Program-made: the position numbers and the translations under genes
Assembly (NCBI GenBank): GCA_963776865.1
Contig: CAVZOG010000003.1
Span: 233,269 to 297,268, forward strand
From: an uncultured Chloroflexia bacterium
GTDB taxonomy: Bacteria; Chloroflexota; Limnocylindria; Limnocylindrales; CSP1-4
Direction: 5' to 3'
Length of the DNA: 64,000 nucleotides
Shown here: positions 24,927 to 32,495 of the stretch, piece after piece
How the letters are laid out: the number at the start of each line of letters is the position of its first letter
Position numbering within the stretch: the first letter of the stretch is position 1
Notes under the pieces: model-generated
What the model was told of the DNA's origin: nothing
What the model saw: the letters and a program-made list of their open reading frames with translations, nothing else
Database searches by the model: none

Positions 24927-25250
24927 GTGCAGAACATCCTTCTCGTCGGCCAGGTCCTGGTCAGCATCGCGTTGATCGCGTCGATCCTTCTCCAGTCACG
25001 CGGCGCCGGTCTCGGCGCGACATTCGGTGGCGACTCATCGGTCTTCCGCAGCCGTCGTGGAATCGAGAAGCGGCTGTTCCAGTTCACGGTCGTCCTGACC
25101 GTCCTGTTCGTCATTTTCTCGATCGCGGCCTTCAAGCTCAGCCGAGCCCCTCTAGGCTCCGCGGCCGCGCTCAGCGGCCGTGCTAGACTTGGCCTTCGCC
25201 TGAAGGGTCCAAAAGGCCGTGAAAGGCTGCGCGCCGAGGTGGCGGAATAG
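24927..25250 (+). CDS. secG: preprotein translocase subunit SecG (3' end uncertain; ORF runs 18 nt into tRNA-Leu)
   Basis: GTG start. VQNILLVGQVLVSIALIASILLQSRGAGLGATFGG is the canonical SecG. Confidence 0.75.
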   Translation: MQNILLVGQVLVSIALIASILLQSRGAGLGATFGGDSSVFRSRRGIEKRLFQFTVVLTVLFVIFSIAAFKLSRAPLGSAAALSGRARLGLRLKGPKGRERLRAEVAE

Positions 25251-25319
25251 GTAGACGCGCTAGGTTCAGGACCTAGTGGCCGCAAGGTCGTGTGGGTTCA
25301 AGTCCCTCCCTCGGTACCA
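25233..25319 (+). tRNA. tRNA-Leu (anticodon CAG), type II with long variable arm, CCA encoded
   Basis: Acceptor GCCGAGG/CCTCGGT. Anticodon stem-loop CTAGG-TTCAGGA-CCTAG. T-loop GGTTCAAGTCC. Confidence 0.85.
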
Positions 25320-25321
25320 GT

Positions 25322-25406
25322 GCCCAGGTGGCGGAATTGGTATACGCGTACGTTTGAGGGGCGTATGACGAAAGTCATCCGGGTTCAAGTCCCGGCCTGG
25401 GCACCA
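25322..25406 (+). tRNA. tRNA-Leu (anticodon GAG), type II
   Basis: Acceptor GCCCAGG/CCTGGGC. Anticodon stem TACGT/GCGTA with loop TTGAGGG. Long variable arm. T-loop GGTTCAAGTCC. Confidence 0.8.
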
Positions 25407-25464
25407 ATTCCCTGAACGAGACGGCGGCCGAAAGGCCGCCGTTTAGACTTTGCGGCACACCTCC

Positions 25465-25541
25465 GGGCGGTTAGCTCAGTTGGTCAGAGCGTCTCGTTTA
25501 CACCGAGAATGTCGGGGGTTCGAGTCCCTCACCGCCCACCA
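25465..25541 (+). tRNA. tRNA-Val (anticodon TAC)
   Basis: Acceptor GGGCGGT/ACCGCCC. D-arm GCTCAGTTGGTCAGAGC. Anticodon loop TTTACAC. T-arm GGGGGTTCGAGTCCCTC. CCA present. Confidence 0.9.
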
Positions 25542-25614
25542 CTCATTTGAGCGTGAAAACGGCCCGCCTGGCACTTCGCCGGACGGGCCGTTGGTCGTTC
25601 TGATTACAGATTGC

Positions 25615-25790
25615 TCACACGCGGTCGGCGATCGCCTCGTGCGGCACCACGTCCAGGACGGAGTCGAGGTGCGCCGCTGGCGCTTCTTGGAGGCCCGGCA
25701 GAACGTGGCTGTACGTGTCGAGCGTGATCGAGACGCTGGCGTGGCCAAGCCGTTCAGCAACCTTCAGGATGGTCGCGCTGTCGCCATCAG
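25615..25790 (-). pseudogene. tyrosine recombinase (phage-type integrase) C-terminal fragment (~55 aa)
   Basis: ...ATILKVAERLGHASVSITLDTYSHVLPGLQEAPAAHLDSVLDV matches the integrase C-terminal box (LGH-S-TLDTYSHV). Upstream in-frame sequence is not integrase-like. Lies 74 nt from tRNA-Val. Confidence 0.65.
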
Positions 25791-25850
25791 GCGGACTCGG
25801 TGAACGACGAGGCCTTGCGCGAGGCGCAGAGGTCCGACACGCCGCGTCCG

Positions 25851-26129
25851 CTAGACGTCGTGGAGCATGAACAGCTCGACCGGGCCGCTCTCCCACGCGT
25901 CGAAGTCGTCGTCCTCGGTGGCGGCCGCCAGCGCGGGCCGCGCCGCGGCGAGGTCGTCGTTCGACCGCCAGATCGCGAGACCGACGAGCGCGTCGGACCG
26001 CTCGTCCTTGAACGTGTGCGCCTCGATCGCGCCCAGGCCGCGCGCCGCGACGCCGAACCGGTGCATCGAGTCGATCACGTCCTGCTCGTGCTCCGGCTTC
26101 GGACGGTGGATCGCGAATTGGTAGAGCAT
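25851..26129 (-). CDS. ABM (antibiotic-biosynthesis-monooxygenase / Dabb) domain protein
   Basis: MLYQFAIHRPKPEHEQDVIDSMHRFGVAARGLGAIEAHTFKD...LVGLAIWRS is an ABM fold signature. GGAAGGGGA RBS before ATG 26129. Confidence 0.65.
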   Translation of the reverse strand: MLYQFAIHRPKPEHEQDVIDSMHRFGVAARGLGAIEAHTFKDERSDALVGLAIWRSNDDLAAARPALAAATEDDDFDAWESGPVELFMLHDV

Positions 26130-26331
26130 CGGTCCCCTTCCTGAGTGGTGAGGCCGCTGGGGCATCCAAATCGGCGGCCTTAATTGCCTAGTTCAATCAA
26201 AGTACTCAAGGGGCGTGACCACCACGTCCGGCAGCTTGACCCCGGTGGCGTTTGCACCGTTATACCCGTTCGGGTTCTGCTCCGGCTACTGCAAATGAGC
26301 GTCCCAACCATCGAAGTCAGTTCACGCATAT

Positions 26332-26514
26332 ATGCGCCAATACTTGTTCGGCCTGACGCCCGAGCAGTACGCCTCGATGCTCGAAGCACAGGAAACCGCT
26401 GCGCGATATGCAGAACCGATACCCCTGGCAAGCGACGTGCTTGCGGTGCCCGACGCGACCGATCCCGAACTGGCCGCAGCCTGGCCGAGCCGGCGGTCCA
26501 GTTCGATTGGGTAG
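26332..26514 (+). pseudogene. family-C fragment (copy 1): carries the EQYA and DPELAAAW motifs, diverges and ends early
   Basis: ...LTPEQYASML...VPDATDPELAAAW. The DNA is homologous to 27137-27230 for about 90 nt, then degenerates. Confidence 0.4.
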
Positions 26515-26533
26515 CCTGCCGGGCCTCCCTCGA

Positions 26534-26757
26534 CTAGACCTTCGAGCGCAGAACCAGTGAGGGTCCGGTCGGACAGCCCGAACAAGGAGCCCGATGCTGA
26601 CCCGACCTTGTACTGGATCTTGACGGTGTGCTGCCCGGCCGGAACGCTGGCGACGAACTGCATGCTGTGCGCTCCTCCCTGAAGGTTGTCTCGGTCAAAG
26701 ACGATCTCGAGCGGGGGGATTACGTGGCCGTCGACCACGGCGCGGACCATGCAAGTC
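26534..26757 (-). pseudogene. family-B fragment (copy 1): C-terminal ~70 aa only, with internal 1-nt indel
   Basis: CMVRAVVDGHV...HTVKIQYKVGSASG...DRTLT(+1)LRSKV*, compared with the intact paralogs at 28233 and 37063. Upstream frame is closed by TGA. Confidence 0.5.
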
Positions 26758-27136
26758 CCGACGCACCGTCGAGGATGCCCATCCGCAGGGTGACGTGCGC
26801 TATTGCTCGCTGTACCGCAAAAGCCTCAACCCGGTTACGGCGGATACGCTGCAAAATCTCATGGCCGAGGTCCCGGCGACAGATGGGGTTCCGCTCACCG
26901 TGCGACTCACCGATACAACCATCGAGTTCGCGAAGGTCGACAACGCCAACTTTGGATATCACCTGCAGTGCCAGCTCAGCGAAGTTTCCTTCTACGGGGA
27001 GGCCTTGGGCATCTTCGGCGCTGTAGTGACCTACAAGATCACGGCGGCGAACGGCTGACGCGCCATCAGGCGGCCACTGTGTGAAAGCCGGTCGATAAGC
27101 CGCCGGTAAGTCGCGCCGGGTTACCTGGCACGAGAG

Positions 27137-27391
27137 GTGCCTACCGTGCCCGGCGTGACCGATCCCGAACTGGCCCAAGCTTGGGCTGAGCTGCACGCCT
27201 CGACGCCGCCCGGTTGGTGGGTCGGTAGCCCCGGTCCGCGACATGGCGGCACCTGGACGATGTATGCGTTCGATCAGACAGAGAAGGCGCACATCGGCCG
27301 GCGAAGACGCGAATGGACCACCGAAGCCCCGTCAGAGCTCGAGTGCGTTTACGAGATGGCGCGCTGTCTGCGGAAGATCAGTGAGGGCTAA
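27137..27391 (+). CDS. family-C small protein (84 aa), intact copy: VTDPELAQAW...PPGWWVG...TWTMYAFDQTEK...SELECVYEMARCL
   Basis: GTG start after GAGAGG RBS. The same motifs recur at 26362-26484, 30320-30447 and 37599-37700 with synonymous substitutions (ctg/cta, gcc/gct). Confidence 0.6.
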   Translation: MPTVPGVTDPELAQAWAELHASTPPGWWVGSPGPRHGGTWTMYAFDQTEKAHIGRRRREWTTEAPSELECVYEMARCLRKISEG

Positions 27392-27415
27392 GGATTCGAC
27401 TGCGGGAGTATCTTC

Positions 27416-28126
27416 GTGTCGTCGGAACAGACAGCCACGAGGAGGGATCCGATGTCGATCGACAGCACCGCGACACGTTCGCGACGCTCGCTCCTGTTCG
27501 CGGGGCTCGGAGCGCTGGGCGCAGCCGTCGGCGCCACGCTCGCGCGCCCATCGCCAGTGCACGCCGATGACCCCGACGACGTCACGTTGGGCGCCGCGAA
27601 CACCGCTCCCACGGCGACAGAGATCCGGAACACCGGCGATAGCCTGACCGCGATCCGAGGTGTCGGGACCACCGGCCCGGGTGTGACCGGGAGGAGCAGG
27701 GACCACCACGGGACCCAGGGCTTCAGCGACGACTTCACGGGAGTCTGGGGGCAGAGCACGTTCGACTACGGAGTGATCGGTTTCGCGCCGTCCGGGGCAA
27801 GGGCCGGCTCCCTCGGCTATTCGGCAGGGAACAAGACCGGCGTGTACGGCCTCAGCAAGGGCAACGGCGAGGTCCCGCGCACGACCCCCGACAAGACCGG
27901 CGTGTACGGACGTGCCGTCGGAGGCACGGCCGCGGTCGGTGTCCGCGGGGAGTCGGGCACCGGTCGGGGCGGGTACTTCATCGGGAACGTCGCCCAGCTG
28001 CGGCTCAAGCCATCAGACTCGCAATCGCATCCCCCGGCCGGACTGGCGGGCGACCTCTTCCTGGACAGCTCTAGACGCCTCTGGCTGTGCAAGGGCGGCT
28101 CCACGTGGGCGCGCCTGGACACGTAG
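27416..28126 (+). CDS. family-A Tat-exported Gly-rich protein (236 aa) with conserved C-terminal motif AQLRL-P...AGDLFLD-S-RRLWLCKGGSTW
   Basis: Tat signal SRRSLLFAGLGALGAAVGA. G-x-Y-G repeats. 25 nt downstream of the family-C gene on the same strand. Confidence 0.7.
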   Translation: MSSEQTATRRDPMSIDSTATRSRRSLLFAGLGALGAAVGATLARPSPVHADDPDDVTLGAANTAPTATEIRNTGDSLTAIRGVGTTGPGVTGRSRDHHGTQGFSDDFTGVWGQSTFDYGVIGFAPSGARAGSLGYSAGNKTGVYGLSKGNGEVPRTTPDKTGVYGRAVGGTAAVGVRGESGTGRGGYFIGNVAQLRLKPSDSQSHPPAGLAGDLFLDSSRRLWLCKGGSTWARLDT

Positions 28127-28232
28127 CGAGCGCTCCACGGTCGATCCGATCCCGAATAGGCCAGCCGGTACGCCGGGCTACTGTGTCGCGCTGAAAAGTT
28201 GCGCCGGGTGACCGTTCGCCGTGAGTGACCTC

Positions 28233-28751
28233 CTAGACCTTCGAGCGAAGCACGCTCAACGTCATGTCGTCCATCCGGAACGTGTAGCCGGGCGCACTTG
28301 CTGCGTACTGAATTTTGACGACATGTGATCCGGCCCCAAACGGGCCTGCAACCCAGTGCGTGCTACGTGTCTCATAGGTCTTACTGAGGGCCGGTCTGAA
28401 AGAGCTAATCCCCGGGCCGACGTTCACACCGTCGACCAGGGCGCGAACCGGGCAGACATGCTCCGACACTGCCCCGGACGCGACGCACGCCGCATTGGCC
28501 GAGAACTGGATCATGAACAGGGCGGTTGTGTTGCTCGGGACGTTGACCGACAAGGACATGTCCGGCACGTCGACATAGCTGAATGCCGTGGTGTTGACGG
28601 ACGTGTCGCGAGTGACCGCCCTCAACGCCGTTATCCCGCGGCCGCTCTTGGTGACCGTGGCCCCGAGTACGACGCCGCCCGTGAGCAGCAGCGCGCCGAG
28701 CAACGCGATGAGAACGATGAACGAGCGTGGATGCCTGAGCCGTGCGGACAT
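28233..28751 (-). CDS. family-B signal-anchored protein (~172 aa) ending ...VVKIQY...MTLSVLRSKV
   Basis: N-terminal TM/signal FIVLIALLGALLLTGGVVLGA. GGAGGG RBS. Paralogous to 37063..37590 (C-x-VRA-VVDG, VKIQY, LRSKV). Confidence 0.7.
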   Translation of the reverse strand: MSARLRHPRSFIVLIALLGALLLTGGVVLGATVTKSGRGITALRAVTRDTSVNTTAFSYVDVPDMSLSVNVPSNTTALFMIQFSANAACVASGAVSEHVCPVRALVDGVNVGPGISSFRPALSKTYETRSTHWVAGPFGAGSHVVKIQYAASAPGYTFRMDDMTLSVLRSKV

Positions 28752-28934
28752 GAGCCCTCCCGCGCCGCCTCGCAGCATTTCTGCGCTCGTCGCGCCGCGT
28801 GGGCGCAATCATGCGCCGGCTGTCGATAGACAAAAGTCCGGCTAGGCAGCAGGTGGATCATGACTGGCAGGACGTGCGACGCCGGTCAGCATCGTTCCCG
28901 CCGATCCGTTCGTGCGCCCCGAACGGAGGGCATC

Positions 28935-29715
28935 ATGTCCACGGATAGTGGGGCCGGGGATCTCGGGTCAGAGAGCTTCGGGCCGTCGCTCGAGTGTCTT
29001 CACCGGCGTCCTGGTTGCGACCCTGCTCGTCGTCGTCTCCGTGGTCGGTCAGGCCGCTGCGCACGACTCGGGCACGACCAGTCACCTGTGGGAGCACTTC
29101 AAGGGCTTAAAGGTCGCCGGGACGATCAATGCCGACACCAATCCCGTCGACTGGACGAAGCTCAAGGGCGTGCCCGCCGGGCTGGCCGACGGCGTCGACG
29201 ACGGCGTCACGGTGGCCGGCTTCGGCCTGAACAAGGTCCTCAGTGCGTTCTGGGTCGACCCCGAGGAGGTTCAGAAGCGCGTCACCACGGCATGCCCTGC
29301 GGGGCAGGCGATCAAGTCGATCAGGCAGGACGGCACGGCGGCGTGCGCGCTGGTCTCGCAGGGGGTCTCAAAAACGAGCGCCAGCACCGGGATCATCTGC
29401 AACGACTGGTGCGAAGAGGGGAGGGTTACCCTCAGTCCCGGCACATGGGCGGTAAGCGCCAAGATCGTTGTCTACAACTGGGGCCAGTTGCAGGAGGACG
29501 AGATCGAAGTCGACTGCCAGCTTCACGCCTCCGGTGCAATCGACAGGGCGTCGTTCTGGCTGGAAGACGACAGTCAGGCGACGCTGCACCTTCAGATTCT
29601 GGCGACCATAGCGCAAGGCGGCGACCTGGGCGCCTACCTCGACTGCAGGGACAATGACGTCGGGGACCTGGGTGGATCCGACCTTTCGATCATCGCCATC
29701 CGAACTGGCGGCTGA
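28935..29715 (+). CDS. Cys-rich secreted/anchored hypothetical protein (probable frameshift near the N-terminus)
   Basis: GGAGGG RBS before ATG 28935. The signal/TM segment SVFTGVLVATLLVVVSVVGQAAAHD sits in the adjacent frame (ORF 28912..29715). Eight Cys in the mature part. Confidence 0.55.
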
Positions 29716-29828
29716 ATCGCACGGATCGAGTGATCGGGCTCCCTGCCGCGGCAATCAGGAGCTTCGGGATGGACAGCAGGCGGAGAATCAGGGCCACGGC
29801 GCGCTGCCGCCGCCACATAGGTTTGCTG

Positions 29829-30275
29829 ATGGACGAATCTGCAATTCGAGAAGGGTTGATCCGCCACTGGCGCTATGGCGGCATTGACGAAGACAAGGCG
29901 CACGAGATCTACCACGACGATTCCATCCTGGAGTTCCCCCAATCGGGCGAGCGGTTCGTGGGCAAACAGACCTTCTTGGCCTGGCGCAGACAGTACCCCG
30001 CGAAACTCGACTTCCGGATCCGGCTGATCAGCCATGGCGGCGACCTGTGGGTCGCCGAGAACCTCATCTCATACGACGGCGGGCCTTGGATGTTTGCGGT
30101 CAACATTCTCCGGTTTCGCGGCGACAAGGTCGCTCACGAACGGCTCTATGTGATCGAGGGCTTCGAGGCTGCGCCCTGGCGTGCGGAGTGGGCGGAAAGG
30201 TTTGATCCGCTGGAGGCCATCACGCCGGCGGACTGGCGGGACGACGTGTTGGCCAGTCCTAAACAGGAGGCCTAG
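29829..30275 (+). CDS. SnoaL-like / NTF2-like (ketosteroid-isomerase fold) protein
   Basis: ...EGLIRHWRYGGIDEDKAHEIYHDDSILEFPQSGERF...ENLISYDGGPWMFAVNILRFRGDKVAHERLY matches the SnoaL polyketide-cyclase-like pattern. Confidence 0.6.
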   Translation: MDESAIREGLIRHWRYGGIDEDKAHEIYHDDSILEFPQSGERFVGKQTFLAWRRQYPAKLDFRIRLISHGGDLWVAENLISYDGGPWMFAVNILRFRGDKVAHERLYVIEGFEAAPWRAEWAERFDPLEAITPADWRDDVLASPKQEA

Positions 30276-30607
30276 CAGCGAGCTGACAAGGGGACGGTGC
30301 CTAGATTCGCGACAGTGGCGGATCCCGATCTAGCTGAAGCCTGGAACGAGCCACGTCAACGTAGCCGGTAGCCGTGGTGCTGACGGGCGTGCGCTCGCGC
30401 TTCGGCAACTGGCCCCTGATATCGTCCCAGCAGTACGCGCCCGACGAACGGGCATCATGCCGGTCTATGGCTCCGGAGGGGTAACGCTCGATGCCACAGG
30501 CTCCGATGCCAGGAATCCGGAGCACCGTCGATCAGAACTACCTCAATGGCACGGTCCTGGCGCCACTCAAGATCAAGAACAATCGCTGAGGTACGACCGC
30601 GCTGAGC

Positions 30608-31021
30608 GTGTCTCCAATCACGGCCGATGACGATCGGTCCGAGCCAGGCGCCGCAAAGAGCCCTCGTCGAACCGTCTTCGGTCGTCGGTCCATACCGACC
30701 AGTGTCTCGGTGCTCATCGCCACCATCGTCGGGTCCCTGGCGGCGATCTATTTGTTGTTCAACTCACAGACCCTGTCAGCGGCGGAACGCGCGTGGTGCG
30801 ACCAACACATGAGCCAGGTCGCCGTGGCGGCCATGCAAGTCAGCCCGCGGCCCACAGGGCTCATTGGCGAAACACTCGCCGAGCATGGCGCGAGCCAGGC
30901 GTATTGGGAGCCTGAATCCGGGGACCGGAACCTGGGCCAGCTGTGGCGCTCAGTCGACGAGGACACGTTCAACCGGGCCTGCAAGTTCGCGGTTGCCTTC
31001 GAAAAAGAGCGCAGCCGCTGA
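30608..31021 (+). CDS. small membrane-anchored hypothetical protein
   Basis: Single TM (VSVLIATIVGSLAAIYLLF). Local GC is lower than flanking DNA. Confidence 0.45.
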   Translation: MSPITADDDRSEPGAAKSPRRTVFGRRSIPTSVSVLIATIVGSLAAIYLLFNSQTLSAAERAWCDQHMSQVAVAAMQVSPRPTGLIGETLAEHGASQAYWEPESGDRNLGQLWRSVDEDTFNRACKFAVAFEKERSR

Positions 31022-31143
31022 ACGGTTTGCCGCGACTCGGGACACGACCTACGACTGCCCGGTCACGCGACTATCCTGTCATTGCGTGCCCGACCAGTTG
31101 CGCCCTTAGATGAGGCGCTAACCGTCACTGCCTGGGAGGGCTC

Positions 31144-31869
31144 ATGAATCTGCAGAGCGTTCTGCATCACTCGAGCAGGATTACCGCGATCTTCGGCGCC
31201 CTGTTTCTTGTCGCCTGCTCGGCCGCCCCGGCAGCCACTTCACCCGGCACATCGCCGACTCAGCCGCCCGTCGTGATCGAAGCGTCAAAGCTGATCACGT
31301 GGCCCATAACCGAGGGCGGCGTCGTAGGCGTGATGGTCATCCAGCAGGTCCACAACGTCGGTGAGGACTGGGTCCAGATCGCGGCGCGCGACAGCACGTA
31401 CGAGATCAAGGCGCCCAACGGCAACGTCGTGGCAGCGAACAACTTCAGGCATGCCTACCCCACCTATCTCGGCCCAGGCGACGTCGGCTATCTCGTCGAC
31501 CAGTACCTGGAGGGTTCAGTGCCGATCGAGAACATCACCACGCTGACCGTCAGTCCCCGGTTTCGTGATCTCGAACAACGTCCCGAGCGCCGCCTGAACA
31601 CGAAAAACCTCACCTTGCGCAGCGACGATCTGCCCGGCGGGCTATATGTGACCGGCGAGGCCGAGAACGTGGGTGAAGCGGATATCGCCAGCGGTCATGT
31701 TGGCGCTGTGTTCTTCGATGCCGCAGGCGAGATAATCGGCGCCAGCACGACGGACCTGCTCGAGCATGTCGCCGTCGGCGAGTCGGGGGCCTTCGAGACG
31801 AGGCCGTCGAACCCGCTCGATGAAGCGGCCGTTGCTGACTACGTCGTGATGGCCTCGCCGACGCTCTGA
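31144..31869 (+). CDS. lipoprotein (hypothetical)
   Basis: Signal peptide with lipobox LFLVAC-S. Confidence 0.6.
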   Translation: MNLQSVLHHSSRITAIFGALFLVACSAAPAATSPGTSPTQPPVVIEASKLITWPITEGGVVGVMVIQQVHNVGEDWVQIAARDSTYEIKAPNGNVVAANNFRHAYPTYLGPGDVGYLVDQYLEGSVPIENITTLTVSPRFRDLEQRPERRLNTKNLTLRSDDLPGGLYVTGEAENVGEADIASGHVGAVFFDAAGEIIGASTTDLLEHVAVGESGAFETRPSNPLDEAAVADYVVMASPTL

Positions 31870-31895
31870 ACGGGGCAACAGGGAGAGACGGACGA

Positions 31896-32480
31896 ATGGC
31901 CGATATTGAGTTCACGGCCTACGCTGACGACTGTCTCTTCCACGCGCACCTCGACCTGCCCGAAGGGGCCCGTCTGACCGACCATCTCAACGAGCTGGAC
32001 AAGGTCGCGTTGACCGACGTCCAGCTCCTCGCCCTGGAGGACGGCCACCTCGTCCGCCAGGAGTCGCTTGCGCTGGACGTGTACGACATCTTCGCCGTCG
32101 AGGCGCCGGCGGCAAGCTTGCCGACGACTCAACGGATCCGCACCCGAACCTCGCGCGTGGAGGTAGAGCTCGGACCGTACCGCGTTCTCGGCCATCTACA
32201 TGGACCAACCAGCGGCGACCCGTTTGCGGCGATCACGCGTCGCAAGCCGATGATCCCGATCACCGAGGCGACTGTCGCGTTCACGCTCAACGGCAAGGCC
32301 CGCATGCGCGACGTCGACGTGGTCATCATCAACAGACTCCGAGCGAGCCTGGTTCAGCGTGTCGTGGCCGAGCCCGACAGGCTGGCCGACTTCGGCCTCG
32401 CGCCCGTCGACCCGAATGCCAAGGACCTGACCCACGAGCTTTCGTACGGAATACGCGACCCGTCCGAGAACCAGGGCTAA
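31896..32480 (+). CDS. hypothetical protein
   Basis: 194-aa ORF with good codon bias. No recognised motif. Confidence 0.5.
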   Translation: MADIEFTAYADDCLFHAHLDLPEGARLTDHLNELDKVALTDVQLLALEDGHLVRQESLALDVYDIFAVEAPAASLPTTQRIRTRTSRVEVELGPYRVLGHLHGPTSGDPFAAITRRKPMIPITEATVAFTLNGKARMRDVDVVIINRLRASLVQRVVAEPDRLADFGLAPVDPNAKDLTHELSYGIRDPSENQG

Positions 32481-32495
32481 TCCCGGCTCCGCCGC

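Noticed and set aside
25233-25250. secG ORF overlaps the first 18 nt of tRNA-Leu(CAG)
   Set aside because: Most likely an over-extended SecG C-terminus, given the frameshift-prone assembly or the lack of an earlier stop. Not interpreted as genuine overlap.
25545-25612. Imperfect hairpin (ACGGCCCG...CGGGCCGT) just after tRNA-Val, considered as an attachment-site or terminator structure
   Set aside because: Loop is 17 nt and there is no T tract. It could simply be a weak tRNA-operon terminator, so no att core could be defined.
26720-27292. 190-aa minus-strand ORF and antisense 87-aa plus-strand ORF (26795..27058) between the family-B fragment and the family-C gene
   Set aside because: Neither shows a recognisable motif, and they mutually overlap. 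The region is probably the decayed N-terminal part of the family-B copy 1 gene, so I could not decide which strand, if either, is coding.
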